From: Girardia tigrina
Lineage: Eukaryota
Length of the DNA: 64,000 nucleotides
Assembly: GCA_001938485.1 (NCBI GenBank)
Contig: MQRK01238430.1
Span: forward strand, 99,490-163,489
Direction: 5' to 3'
Position 1 is the stretch's first letter, and each line of letters starts with the position of its first letter. The translations under genes and the position numbers were made by a program. Shown here one piece after another: positions 1-13,487 of this stretch. Under the pieces are notes generated by a model. The model saw nothing but the letters and a program-made list of their open reading frames with translations, had not been told where the DNA came from and did not search any database.

Positions 1-224
1 AAAGACGAAGACCGCCTTATCTAAATGATTACATTGTGGATTCAGATTCTTCTGTAGACGAATCTGGTGGGAGTGTTGGATATTAGATATTTTAATTATT
101 TGAAATATTTAATATTTACATTTTTGATAAATATTTTGTTTAAATATTATCAATTAAACATTGTTTTGGAAAATAAACTTTTCGCGTGAAATTTTGAAAT
201 TCCAGTTTAAAAACTTTTTTAACA
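1..224 (+). mobile_element. 3' end of a Gypsy-type LTR retrotransposon (pol tail, PPT, 3' LTR)
   Basis: RRRPPYLNDYIV integrase-tail motif at the window start; purine-rich GGTGGGAG at 66-73 directly followed by TGTTG...TAACA (74-224, ~150-bp LTR). Confidence 0.65.
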
Positions 225-689
225 GAATAATCCAGTCTTTTTTATTGTGAGGAATATTTTAATTATTGAATGCTTGTGATATGATTACATTAAATTTGGA
301 ATTATGATTCTCCAACCATGTTGGAAAATTAGTGTTTCGTGCACTAACGATATCCAATCCTTGATACATTTTAAATTCTCATTAACAGAAGAACATCATG
401 ATGTTATAATTAAATATACTTTCCTACAAACAAAAAACTTTCTTTTCTGCTTTGTTTTTTTTACAATATTACTTGTAAATATTCCTTTATGAAAACAAAC
501 AATAATATCAAATCTAAGCGGCACGAATATAACAGTGATACATAAATAAATAAACGGATATTAGAAAGTATTTAGAAACAATCAAACCAATTCCAGTCTT
601 TAGTAAATAAATTTCCTTCAAGTAAATTATGATTGCAAAATGTTTTTCTAATTTCCATTTCCATTGCACTGGTGCAGAGTTAAAGATAC

Positions 690-1453
690 AGGTTGCAAAT
701 CAGTAAAACCCCGTGCCGTGCCCATGTTGAAAAAGCCATGAAGAAGAAGAGGTTAGCCTTCGCCAAGCAATTCCGGAAGTGGTCAGTTACTGATTGGAAC
801 AAAGTGGCATTCAGTGACGAATCCTACTTTGAATTTCGTGGTGGAAAGAATGTTAGCGTTACTCATGTTTGCCCTCAACCACTCATTCAGAGAGTATATA
901 TTCCTCAAACGGTTCGTTGGGTGTAGGAAGACTTCACAATTGTGAAAGGATCATGAACAAGGAGAAATATTTGGATGTGTTGAGGGACCGTGTTATGTCA
1001 CAAATGAATGAATGATTCACAGATGACAGTGGAATATTTATTTAAGATGGAGCTCCCTGACATACAGCGAAACGATGCATTCAGTTTCTTCATCAGCATG
1101 GAATGGCTGTTGGACTGGCCTGGCAACAGCCCAGATTTAAGCTTAATCGAAACTCTCTGGGCTGTTGACAAACAGAAGCTTAGTGACCTTCCTCCACCAA
1201 ATACCAAGCAGAAAAAAATTGTAAACATTATACGTACATAGAACAGCGTCTCCTGTTGCTAAAACGTGCTCCAAATTTCATACCACCATGTCTGATCGGA
1301 TTAAGGTAGCCATTGCAGCTAAGGGTGGTCACACTAAATTTTAGTGCTTAGAAAGTGAATAATAAATAAATAAATAATATGTTCAGATGCTAGTATTTTT
1401 AATAATATGACATTTAATAATTTTAATTAATAAAAATATTTTAATAACGCACT
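690..1453 (+). mobile_element. Degenerate Tc1-family transposon
   Basis: Fragments KKRLAFAK..W...W.KVAFSDES, WPGNSPDLSLIETLW and AAKGGHTKF*; terminal ...GCACTG followed by TA. Confidence 0.85.
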
Positions 1454-3213
1454 GTATATATATTATTAATTATTAATTAGTCATTTTTAGTCATTTGCAA
1501 TTGTTCCTAATTATACTATTTTAGAAAGTAAATAGAAAACAAAATAACTTCAAATTAATATTTTTTTAATATTTGATATAAATTTAAGAATTTTCCGCAT
1601 TTCTTTATAATAAATAAATGTTGCAATTCTCTATTAATTATAGTTTATTCGGTTATATCTTTGTCTTAATTGTAACAATATATTTATTTTCTCGACTCTG
1701 GGTGTTCCACTCTTTTTAAATACTTATTTTCGTATTAAAAGACAACTGTTTTGTTATTTTAAGGTGCATCTATGCAAATTATAAATCAGGACCAAAATTA
1801 TTCGGTTGAAAATTTTCAAATCGGACCGAATAATTCGAAATTCCACGATAATCCGACAGTTGCACCAAGCTGAAACACATATTAAAATGCTCTCCCAAAT
1901 TGTGTCACTTCAACCTCGATCGGATTACTAGTTTGAGTTATGGACTTGAAATATCGACTCCAAATCGATTAAATTGTTGAAAATTTCGAATTTTTAATTG
2001 ATTTTTGAGGGACTTTTTTGCATAATTATTTACTAGTTAAAATTAACGTGTGTGTAACTCTGTTACAAAATTGAGTATTTTCATCATAAATCAGTTTTCT
2101 TAAGAAAAAAATTATTATAAAAATGCTTTCCAATTCGATTTGAAAGACAAAATAATCTTAAAAGTTGTTAAATTCGGTTAAAAGAAAAATAAATTGTGCG
2201 AGTGTGTTAAATATTGCGGCCCTTAATATGTCCCCTATATATGGTGTTCTAAAATTATTAGATCTTTCTTTTTCTTCTTTAATCAAATCTGAAATTTTAA
2301 GAGGTCTTTTGATTTAAAATTAAAGCTCAGTCGATCTAATAAATAGATACGTGTATTCAAAACAATTCAACTAATAACTAACCAATTAATACTTTAATCT
2401 TACTCAAAATGAAATGAGTCAGTAAGTAGTTAGAATATAACTCTAAAAAGAATAAATACTAAGTGAGGATAATAATCGGCCAATTAAGGGTTTAGAATCT
2501 GTTTTAAATCTTGATTAACATGATAAATCGATATAGTTTGGATATTCTTTTCAAAATTCAGAGAAAAAATAGTAAAATTTCGGAATATCACAAAATAATT
2601 GTTCTTGTCGAGGTAGTCGATTAATTTAGATTATTGAGGCGAAATTATTTTTATGTTCTATTATAAAGTTTATTGGGTTCGAAAATTGCTGAGAAATTTA
2701 ACAGGAAATTTTTATTTAACTGTTGAAGATGACAAAAAGACAGAATCCAAATTTTCGGTAGAAAATGAAATTTACTTCGTAATATACACGATAATCATTC
2801 ATTAATATTTTTTAATAAATATTTTAATTATTGATAATTTAATAATAATAATAATTTTTATATATGGTCATCGCAATTCTTTGACGACCGCTATCTCCCG
2901 ACTTGTGGATTTAAACCTCGGCCAACAATCAGAATTTATGGTCTTAATGAGAACCGTTTCACATTTTTCCAATTAGAAACGAACATCGTACAAATGGCTG
3001 CTGAAAATTCTGCGATCCAAATTCAAACTATATTCCATCCTTCGAAATTAAATTAAATTTTCGATATATTTTCAACCACTCCCTATTCTTTTGAAAATTT
3101 ATTCACAATAAATCTAATATTTTCGATTTACTGGTAACCGCTCTTTTTTAAAACTCGCAAACACAACAACTCTCAACTCACATTCATTAAAACAAAACTT
3201 AATTATTAATGTA

Positions 3214-4383
3214 TTAGTTTGGTAGAAAAATAATGGCGGTTTTTGAGCTTTATACTTTTTTTTATCTACTTTGATATGTATATAAGTTTAAATGCATTAG
3301 TGTTAGATATTATTTGAAATCTTATGCCTAGCTGTATATTCCTATAGCCATTATTAACATATTGCTGTTATTTTTTAGAATATTTACGGTGCTAAATTAA
3401 TAATGGAAAAAATTTTAATTCGTGCAATTTTCTTGTACGAATTTAAACTGGTCATAAAGCAGCAGAAACGGCTCGCCGTATCGATAAAGTGTTTGGCAAG
3501 GGAACAGCTTCTGAGCGCACAGTGCAACGATGTTTCCGAAAATTTTCTGATGGAGATGAAAATCTTGAAGATGAAGAAGGTCGTAGTCGTCCAGTTGCTG
3601 TGAACAACGACAATTTGAGAACAATGGTGGAAACAGATCCCCGTACAACAATCAGAGAACTTGTAGATGGGTTGGGCATTAGTCATTCAACAGTCCTGGA
3701 TCATNNNNNNNNNNNNNNNNNNNNNNNNNNNNNNNNNNNNNNNNNNNNNNNNNNNNNNNNNNNNNNNNNNNNNNNNNNNNNNNNNNNNNNNNNNNNNNNN
3801 NNNNNNNNNNNNNNNNNNNNNNNNNNNNNNNNNNNNNNNNNNNNNNNNNNNNNNNNNNNNNNNNNNNNNNNNNNNNNNNNNNNNNNNNNNNNNNNNNNNN
3901 NNNNNNNNNNNNNNNNNNNNNNNNNNNNNNNNNNNNNNNNNNNNNNNNNNNNNNNNNNNNNNNNNNNNNNNNNNNNNNNNNNNNNNNNNNNNNNNNNNNN
4001 NNNNNNNNNNNNNNNNNNNNNNNNNNNNNNNNNNNNNNNNNNNNNNNNNNNNNNNNNNNNNNNNNNNNNNNNNNNNNNNNNNNNNNNNNNNNNNNNNNNN
4101 NNNNNNNNNNNNNNNNNNNNNNNNNNNNNNNNNNNNNNNNNNNNNNNNNNNNNNNNNNNNNNNNNNNNNNNNNNNNNNNNNNNNNNNNNNNNNNNNNNNN
4201 NNNNNNNNNNNNNNNNNNNNNNNNNNNNNNNNNNNNNNNNNNNNNNNNNNNNCTTGTTTCTCGTTGGCAAAAATGTATTGATGCCAACGGTTCATACTTT
4301 GATTAATAAACTTTTGTTTCTGTGAATTTGCACGTCTTTGAAATTTTTGTCCCAAAACCGCCATTATTTTTAGACCAACCTAA
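3214..4383 (+). mobile_element. mariner transposon, full length with TIRs, frameshifted, central N gap
   Basis: TIRs TTAGTTTGGTAGAAAAATAATGGCGG / CCGCCATTATTTTTAGACCAACCTAA, TA on both sides; HTH region (FGKGTASERTVQRCFRKFSDGDENLEDE..SRP). Confidence 0.95.
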
Positions 4384-7300
4384 TATATATATATATATAT
4401 ATATATACAAGTGTGTATATAATACATTCAAATTGGAATTCGAAATGCGAAATTCGAATTTCAATTTTTCTTTTTGTAAATTTAATTTTTTTAACTAATG
4501 TTACTTTATAGTTGTAAATCTGGAATAAATAATAATTTCTTACATATAATAAATAAATAATAATACACTGTACATATATATATGATGTTGGCAATATCGA
4601 CACACATTCATTTAAAGGTTAGTCTGAAGACTGATTGGTCGCACTACTCGTAGTTCTCGTAGCATGCTACGATTATCAATCATATAAAAAACAGCAAGCT
4701 GACATGCCATACGATGGATTTGCATACTAATCATCTATAATAATCTATAATCGATAAAATTTAAATAATTTATTAATTACAAAACAAATTACTGTTAATC
4801 AAAAAATGAATAATATAAAAAAGTTAAGGTTCAAGGCAATTTGCAAAAGAATAAAAATACTGAGAACTAAATGAAAGTTAGTTTGTAAAAAGAATTGAAG
4901 TTTTTACGTAACTAGGAGTTCAGATGCAACGATATCAAACTTCCGAAGACTCAATTAATAACATGCTAAATTTCCTTTAATGAAACATTGAGTAAGGGCA
5001 TTTATAATCTTGTGAAAGCGAATTTCTTAAGTAGAGTAGATCAAATTTCCTAAGATAATTTGATATTATTTTTATTTTCTTACAGAGATTGTTTTATTAT
5101 TCTTTAAAAGAAACTAAAAATGCAAAAGAAAAATAATTTCTTTTAATTCTAATATTTGATTTTTAAACTAAAAATCAAAATTTGAAGTAAAAAAATAATT
5201 ATATTGACAAAAATTGATAAAGAATTGATTTCAATTGAAATTTAATTATAAAATATACAAAAACAATAAATTATGTTTTATAGAATAAAAATAAATTTCA
5301 AGCTATGAATTTCGTATAATTTATTTAAACTTTTCAGTAGTTTCCTGCTATGGTTACATTGAATTATTTTTTAATTGTCTAAAGACATTGTGGATCCCTG
5401 TACCCATCAATATGTATATTTTTGCTTAAATATTTAACCGAAAAAAATGAATAAAAAAGAAAAGGAGTTCAAAAAACCAGAGACCATAGTACGATATATT
5501 TCTATGTAAAAAAACCTTGAAGAAAATTCATTTTATAGAATATTCAAACACTTTTGGAATGAGAATAGATGGATCAAGAAGACGTAATTCTATCTGAAAA
5601 TAAATCAACCATAAATTAATGGGTCTAAGTTTATAGAATATGAGACCAGCATATCTTTCTCGGAATGCAATGCATCTGTAAAATATAACTAAATAAATGA
5701 AACATATATACGAGATGATTTTATTTTAAAATGTTTTTTAATTATATATTGGAGTTTTAGTAAAATAGTGATGGAGACAAAAGACCTGCAGTTCAAAAAA
5801 CTCTTAGTGCTTCATTAACAAGGTTATTTGGAAATATATTTGAAAAAGTAAAATATAAAACTTTAAAATCTTTTGGAATATAATTATTATGATTTTTTAA
5901 GTTTTAGTTGTAGAAATATAATTTATAAAAATTTAAAAATTACGCCTAAAATTTTGAATTTAATAAGCAATAATACTATTTATTTATTATTTTATTTTTT
6001 TAATATTATTTTCTTAATATTATTATTATATTCTTTATAAAAAAATCAATATTTATATTGTTTCCTTTATATTGTTATTGGCAAAGGAAGTATTGGGTAA
6101 GAAATAAAAAACACTCTAACAGCTTTTAAAATCCTCCTTTTCTTTCTCGAAAATAAAAGAAATAAATATTAAGTTCGGTAAAACTAATATTTATCCGCAT
6201 TAAAATTCTTCAAGATGATTTCAAAGAAATGTTTTTGTTAATTTTAAATTTTAATATATATTTTTTCAACATATAAATAATAATAATTGCCTAAAAGGCG
6301 AGATGAAAGCAATTGTTAAAAATATTACTTAATGAATATGGAAAATTAAATGAAAACTGAAAAACTAATTTTCTTACATAAAAATAATGTAAACTAGAAA
6401 AACTGAGCAAAAGAAAATATGTAAAGTATTTGTGACTGCCTGGAACGCCATATAATCTATTATTAGAGAAAGTTTTCATATTTTTAATGGCACATAAATC
6501 AATAATATATATTTAGATTAGATCAAATGTTCTTCTACGCTAACATTCCAACAAGGAATAACAAAGCTGAGGATATGTAGTCAAATTACTATTTCATCTT
6601 TAGGATTCTTCTATATTAATTTTCCCGTGAAAATATGTTCCTAATACATTTTCGTAAATATAACTAATATTTAACTGGTCTTATCATTTCTTGAATACAG
6701 AAATGATAACTATATTCAAAAAATTTTTATCAAATGATAACCTAACCCAAATTGAGATAAAATTTTAAAATTAAAATTAAAAAAAGGAAAATATTCTTCG
6801 CGATATTTTATTTCTTAAATTAAAACCAAACTTAACTTTACTTAACTTTTAACTTAAAACCCAACGAAATTGGAAGACTGTTAATTTAAAAGTTTTAAAA
6901 GTATATAAAAATTTAAAAAAATAATTTAAAAAATACCCCATAAAAACTAACGTATTTAAACATTTAAACTAAAATTTAAACATTGACCCGAACATATAAA
7001 TACTAAAAATGATATTAAAAAAACACTAAATCCATAAATCCAAAAATTTGAATAAATGTTTAATTCAGTACTACATAAAATAAATATTAACTGATTTTAA
7101 AATTTAATTTTAAATAATAAATTATTCAAATAAAATTTAATTAAAAACAATTGCAATCATTTTATAAAATTTCAAAAGAAAAAAGATTAACTAAACAAAT
7201 GAAATTGGTTAAATGAATATTGATTTAAAAAAAAGAAATGAAAATACAAATGACAAAAGTTTTTAAACAAAAAGGAACGAAAATTTGTTTAATTTTATAC

Positions 7301-7439
7301 GTAATATAATTAATTAAAATTTGATCATTTTGATCATTATGAATTCTAGTTCAAATATTGAAAAAAAAATAAACGTAACTAACGTGGCAATGCATAGCAT
7401 AGATCTCTATGAGAATTTTAGGAAACTCTTCTAAATTTT

Positions 7440-7945
7440 TGTACCACGAACTTAACAGTCTCTTCGGGTATTTTATCTATTATTTCTGTCACTCTCTTCC
7501 AGAAAACGTCAATTTGTCTTCTTTTCTTTCCAAGTGATCTTCAGCATTCTACTGGAGCACTTCATTTCAAATGGTTTAAGTTTATTTATGCTATTTTGAT
7601 TTATTGTTCAACTCTCACATCCATAGACAAATTTTGGGATCTTTATTCTTCTTAGGGATCTTTATTCTACTCTTGAGGCTGATTTCTTTTAAGAAAAATT
7701 AACAAAAGGAAGCTGAAATTCTACGGACATCAGATAAGAATACAAGCCCTAGCGAAGGTTATGGTTGAAGGAAGAGTGGAAGGAGAAAGACAAAAAAGAG
7801 AAAATAAACAGACGACTTTAAAGACTAGAATAGATTGAACATAGAAGGTCTGAGAAAAGAGGCTAGAAAATAGAGAGATGTAACAAAGGCTTGTACATAA
7901 TTATGTGTACCCACGGCCCAATGGCTGAAGTTCAAAAGAAGAAGG
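7440..7945. mobile_element. 5'-truncated RTE-clade LINE with inverted 5' part
   Basis: Minus 7680-7440 reads PKFVYGCES*T...FEMKCSSRMLKITWKEKKTN; plus 7690-7945 reads KRKLKFYGH...VMVEGRVEGER, ending in AAGAAGAAG. Confidence 0.75.
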
Positions 7946-8370
7946 AAATTTATATATTTAGATAAAAATTAATTTGTTTTGTAAACTTGTAAAAGTGATT
8001 ACTACAGTTTTTATCCTCAATTTTCGAATTTTCTGACTTTTTATGTGATTCTGATAAATTGACTCAATTTACGCCTTCATTTCGCATTTATTGAATTGAA
8101 ACTTGATTCCATGATTAGGTCCATATTTATGAATTTCCAAATCCTTGTTTTTTTAACTGATACTTTGGCAAATTATATATATATATATATATATGGTAGT
8201 GTATATAAATGTGTTTTTCAAAAGATTTATTTTAAAAATTCTAAAAAACATGAAAGAATTAATGATATTTAAAAACATGATTTTAAAATGTAAATTGTTT
8301 TACAAAAAAAATGTAATTTATTAGGATATTTTAATTTTTTAGGATATTTTTAATAATATAAATATGCGTA

Positions 8371-8640
8371 TTAAATCTTCATCGCCATCCTTTTATTCGC
8401 TAAGGTTTCCACTAAGGTTTTTAAGTATGTGTCCGGCACTTCACCCCCATGAACATGCATTGTAATCTTTCCATCGAAATCTATGAAATCTGTTAAGGAA
8501 CAAGTCTCATTCGGCCAAGGAATGTCAGATAAAGGAACAATGGTGTCAAGCAGAATATTCTCTTTCTTGATATTTATGGATGTTGGACCTTGTTCAACTG
8601 CAAAATTTGAAACACAGTTTTTTAAATCATTTAAGCCTCT
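8371..8640 (-). CDS. Probable terminal coding exon of an unidentified gene
   Basis: Stop-free ~90-codon stretch richer in GC than its flanks (GLNDLKNCVSNFAVEQGPTS...HVHGGEVPDTYLKTLVETLANKRMAMKI*), preceded by candidate AG acceptors; no transposon motif recognised. Confidence 0.4.
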   Translation of the reverse strand, partial: RGLNDLKNCVSNFAVEQGPTSINIKKENILLDTIVPLSDIPWPNETCSLTDFIDFDGKITMHVHGGEVPDTYLKTLVETLANKRMAMKI

Positions 8641-8819
8641 TGAGAAATAACTTAATCTTATAGTCAAATAATTTAATCCATTTAAAATCCTATTTTAATC
8701 CTTTAAAATATATCTTGAAAAATACCTTTTAAAATGATGAAATTAAAACAATAGAAAATTGCTTAGAAATCAATAAATTTAGCTTTTTAATACAAAAACT
8801 AAATTCCTTCAAATCCTTT

Positions 8820-9003
8820 AATCAGATTTGTTTCATGATGGCAAAGTATTCACTACGATTTTCAGCAGAGATTGTGAACGAAGCTGAATGTATTTGATTT
8901 TCATGTTCTTCCTCGGTTCTACAATTTGCATATTTAGGAAGGTAGGAAAACAACCCGAAACCATTTGATGCACAAAATTTTATGTATTGAAGCATTATCC
9001 ATT
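8820..9003 (-). mobile_element. IS630/Tc1-like transposase fragment
   Basis: MDNASIHK...VVFLP motif followed by a Tc1-like C-terminal stretch. Confidence 0.6.
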
Positions 9004-10389
9004 TTTAAAATCTTATTTTTTAAATTTTTACTAAGTAATTTTTATTACTTTAAAAGTTCTGGAATATTATTCACGTTACCTAAAACACTAAAATAAATAA
9101 AGGATGTTTGTGTTTCCGTATTCCTACCTTCAAGAATAAGTAAAATACGTTTAAAGCTAAAATTAAAGCTGTAAATAACTATTTATCGTTGATATTTAAG
9201 AACACATCTTAAAAATTAAATATATTCAAAGTTCTACCATTTTAGATTTACCTTTGAAATATTTAGAAACATTTAAATTAATATCTAAAATTTTACGTTA
9301 CAAATTATGCATGTTGATAAATTATGTATGAAACTTCGAAACATGTTCAATAATCATTTTTAAACAAGCTTTGACTTCATTATTTTCATATATATTAGGT
9401 TGATCCACGACACCACCAAAAATTTTTAACTTCTTTCAGAACTCTCTTCACAAGTCTATGTCATTCAAGTACCACATAGTGCAAATATGAAACTTATTGA
9501 AGAATGTTTAGAGGTCGTGTAAGATTCTCAAAAATTTATATCGGCTATTTTCCAGCCGAACAATGTACAAAAACAGCTGTAAGCAATTATTACTTGAGTG
9601 ATTAAATTATATGATCAATGATTGAACATTAATAACCAAAGTAAACAATATGTGTGTTCGAATTCTTCATCTGACGAGAAATAAAATTTAAATTTAGATA
9701 AAAGAATCTAAAGGTGGGTGTTAAATAAATGTATGTTATTAAATTGTTAATTGTTAATAATATTTATTACGTATTAATTGCGCTATATTGTTTTTAATAT
9801 ACAGAAATGGTAAAACTCTATCCAGTGCAAAGTTTAACTGCTTGGAAAAGGTAAAGATCATCTACCAGGGTCCCATCTGCCCACAATTGGTGGTATTTTC
9901 AGACTAATGATGTTTTTTCACACTTATCATTTCTTTCGACTAAAAGAAGCAGCATATATAACTAAATAGTTAACTCTCAGAGTATTATACCTTTTACAAT
10001 CTAATTTCACATTAATGAAAATCAATTTTACTAAATGGAAATTAATTTCAAAAAAGGTGAAAATAGATATAAATTTGTTGAACCTTAATTTTTTTAACTT
10101 TTTATAAATATATTGCCTGAAAACGCATCAAACAATCCAATATTCAATAATTATATTATAATCAAAATTAGAGAAAAATTTTATACTGTTATGACACAAT
10201 GTTATAACATATTGTTAAAATGTTATATTCAAAGAGATAAGATTGGTAAAACCACAGTAAAACGTCACCAAATGTTTCGATTGAACACTGAATTTAATAC
10301 TCTGAAAAGATAAAGATTTTTAATATCCTAAAAATGCATTAAGATCAACTTACTTAAGATTTTACCAAAACAATATGATATTTACTCCT

Positions 10390-11372
10390 TTAAATCATCC
10401 ATTGTGAGAATGCCGACATAGTATCGTCCAACATGATTAAAAAAATCAATTAACTTTGCGGAGTTAAAACATTTTTCGCTTCGAAAGTTATTTTATCCAG
10501 AACTTGCATTTTATATTCAGTAATAGTTACACCCCCGTCTCTTCTGATATAATTTGAAATTTTCGGTATTTCACTCCTCAAACTATCTTTTACGGCGATT
10601 TTGAAGGAGTCCCACGTCAGTTCATTTGAATTTTTAAGTAAAAATATTGAGCCAAACGAAGTAACTGAACATCTTCAATTATCTTTTCAAAACCGGCATT
10701 ATCGATCACAAAAGTTGCGGACTTAACACCAGTATCGACGCAGAGCTCTATGAGTTGTCGAAACCACTGCTGACAATCTTCTTTCTTGAAGGGTCCCAGT
10801 CGACACTGGAAATCAATCAACTGGGTGAATGACATGGCTGCAAAACAATCCAATTTGCCATATTTGTAACCGCCTTGTTTATGGCGACAAAACAAGTTAA
10901 AATTTGATTCATCAATCCAAATAATTGTCCTATTTTGAGATATAGCAGAAAACAGTGAGGTAAAACATTAAGAACGCTTCGTTTTGTTTTCTTCAAAGTT
11001 CATGTTAGCAACTGCAGATCGAACATCCTTAACGGAAATTAACTCACAGTCTAACCTGTTTTCGACAGTGATAATGCACAATCTAATACCGAATTCCTCT
11101 ACCAGACGATCGACACAATGTTTTAAAGTTCTTTGACAATCTTCTTCAATCCACTGTATCAGACTGTCGACGATTTCTTATGTCTTTTTAGATTCTCTGA
11201 ACTTTCCTGTTGGAAGTGGCTCGTTTGGATTGTTGCGAATACAGTCGTAAGAGATTCTTGTATTCATTTCATAGAAGTTACAGACTGACTTCTAATAACT
11301 TCTATTCTCATAGATTTCTAAAATTTTTCGGCGGGAAGATCTGTCAATTTTATGATATTTTCGGCGTGGCAT
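10390..11372 (-). mobile_element. Degenerate IS630/Tc1-like transposase
   Basis: MPRRKYHKI... start, IIWIDESNFNL, FVIDNA, LLRLA.Y motifs with stops and frameshifts. Confidence 0.8.
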
Positions 11373-11404
11373 GATGATTGATTTTTCTCTATAAATTGAT
11401 TAAA

Positions 11405-12262
11405 GGGAAAATGCAAATTTTACCAACTTTACCTTAATTTTACAACTTTTTACGCCAAATGGAAAATACAATAAAAAAACTATAAAAAAAACATTTATTG
11501 ATAAAAAATTAAAATATTTTTTATTCATTTTTTATTTCTTTTCTTCTTTTTGTATCAAAATATCGTTGGGATTTATTTTAGGAGCCTTTTGTATTTCCTT
11601 TGGTTTCGTGATGTTTAAAGCATATATTTCATTGATATTTTCAACAAATTTATTTTTAGCCACTAGAGAGTCATCGAATATACCATTCATGTCCATCTTC
11701 AAAATTATATTGTATTACAACTGAGCCGGATAGACTATCAATGTTCCTCATTTTCTTGGTACATCGAGCAGTTTGGCAACAGTAAGTATATGTCGTCGTC
11801 ACATTGTTATATTTTTTATCTCTCTGAATCCATATTTGACTTTCATCATTATAACCAACTCCTTCATATGATTTCCATTGGTTTACCGTTCGTTTCTTAA
11901 TTTCTTTCGTATTATTATTGTTATCCATTTATAGATAAATTTTAATCCTTTTTTAATATTGGAAATAAATTTAAAAAACTAATTAATAAAAACAAAAAAT
12001 CACCATTTTAAAAAATTGGAAAGAAAGTTGAATTATATTTAGCGTAAGAAATTGTAAAAAAATAGTGTAAAAGCTGCAAAAGTTGACTTAAAGAAAATAG
12101 CGTTCAAATTGTTAAATTAGAGTAAAAATTATAAAATAAGCGTACAAATTTGTATTTTTTATTGTATTTTCCATTTAGCATAAAAAATTGTAAAAAGTGT
12201 GCGTAAAAATTATAAAATTAGCGTAAATTTTATAAAATTAGCGAATGAATTGTAGTACACCC
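11405..12262 (-). mobile_element. Internally deleted Mutator-like element (MULE) with 10-bp TSD
   Basis: GGG...CCC termini flanked by identical ATTGATTAAA (11395-11404, 12263-12272); inverted repeat ~11438-11480 vs ~12152-12196; internal 85-aa ORF 11928-11671 with Y.C....C...GH (WRKY/FLYWCH-like) motif. Confidence 0.8.
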
Positions 12263-13254
12263 ATTGATTAAATAAAACATCTGCAATGAGTGTGATTTTT
12301 AATATTAACTGCATCAAAAGTGCAAAAAATTCTTATATAATATTATTTTTATATATTATAATTCAAGGTATATTTATACTTGATATTTATTTTTGTTTGT
12401 TTTCATATTTATATTTTTGTGATATTGATTTTCATTTGTGTGAAATTGAATTGTAAAAGGTATAGTAACGAAATATATAAAATACACAGAAATAGTAAAT
12501 AGAATCAAATAGCCTAAAATTTCACAATAAGATTTTTATTTCTTAGTGTGATTAAAAATTATTTCCATGGTATTAAGCTTCTATTTAGTTAATATATTAT
12601 ACATCATATACCTTTTAGAAATATTCAATTTTCAACGTGTTATGTATTAATCAGAACATTTTTGTAAAGAAAATCAAAGAAGCGCGATATTATATAAAAC
12701 AATATTTTTTACACAAATTCCTTTCAATCTTTTTGTCGATTTGCGATTCCAAACCTCAGTCGTTAATTTAAATCATTATTTTAAGCCATCATTAACTATT
12801 TGTAAGAGGATAAAAATTTCTCAAATAGTCCAAAGCATAATAGGTTGAAATTTATCAATAAATTATTGATCAATATGGTAAGTTAAAATTTAAAAAAATA
12901 GAAACTGTTGCCAAGAGAACAATTTCTACAGGAAAATCCAACCAAAACAATCAATATTTCTGTCACATAAAACAACCGAAAATATTTTTTGCAAATTATA
13001 CGTCAAAAATATTTTATTATATATTATTCAAAATATAAAACAAATTTTCATTTTTTTCTTTAAAAAGCAATCAAAATTTTACTAGTAATTACTAATAATT
13101 ATTATTAATAATAAATTGGTTCATCAATAAAAAAAGATTTATAATTGAAAAAAATAATTTGATATTGATTGGAAGCCAAACACCAAATGTAACAAAATCA
13201 ATAATTAACTCAATCCTTTTTAAAAAAAAATACAAAAAAAACAAATCTCTTCAC

Positions 13255-13487
13255 CTTGTCTTATCATATCAAAACCCTCTTTTGATTTATCTGTTATATT
13301 TATGTACATATTCAAATAATTCATCTATCAAAATCCACTTACCCAGCAATGCAATGAAAAATTGACTGTTGAAAACGTTTATCACTTTATCTATTGCATC
13401 TATGAGATTTTTATCTGAAGATTCTGATAATTTGGAACGGTACAGTTCCAGTAACTCAATCGCCTTTAAGGCATCTGAATACGACAT
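13255..13487 (-). CDS. dlg1: Exons 1-2 of a Discs-large/SAP97-type L27_1-domain gene (exon 1 13487-13343, 52-nt intron, exon 2 13290-13255)
   Basis: MSYSDALKAIELLELYRSKLSESSDKNLIDAIDKVINVFNSQFFIALLD closely resembles the Dlg1 N-terminal L27 domain; GTAAGT donor and CAG acceptor give in-frame DKSKEGFDMIRQ. Downstream exons not found, so orthology is tentative. Confidence 0.8.

Noticed and set aside
1759-2226. Possible TTAA-flanked Kolobok-like MITE
   Set aside because: Terminal inverted match is too weak to support a call.
3489-4364. Long ORFs containing X runs (also at 14.2-14.5, 40.4-40.9, 56.7-57.2 and 59.9-60.4 kb)
   Set aside because: Artefacts of translating through N gaps.
5335-5830. 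Chains of possible micro-exons with 50-53-nt GT-AG spacing on both strands (e.g. minus ALHSEKDML/IELRLLDPSILIPK)
   Set aside because: Mutually exclusive models fit on both strands, most hit stops, and no protein family was recognised; needs RNA-seq.
7525-7546. CTGAAGA...GAAA on the minus strand
   Set aside because: No credible stem II, and it lies in RTE coding sequence (MLKITWKEK); chance match. Similar cores at ~4624, ~9671 and ~43388 lack a stem or the GAAA.
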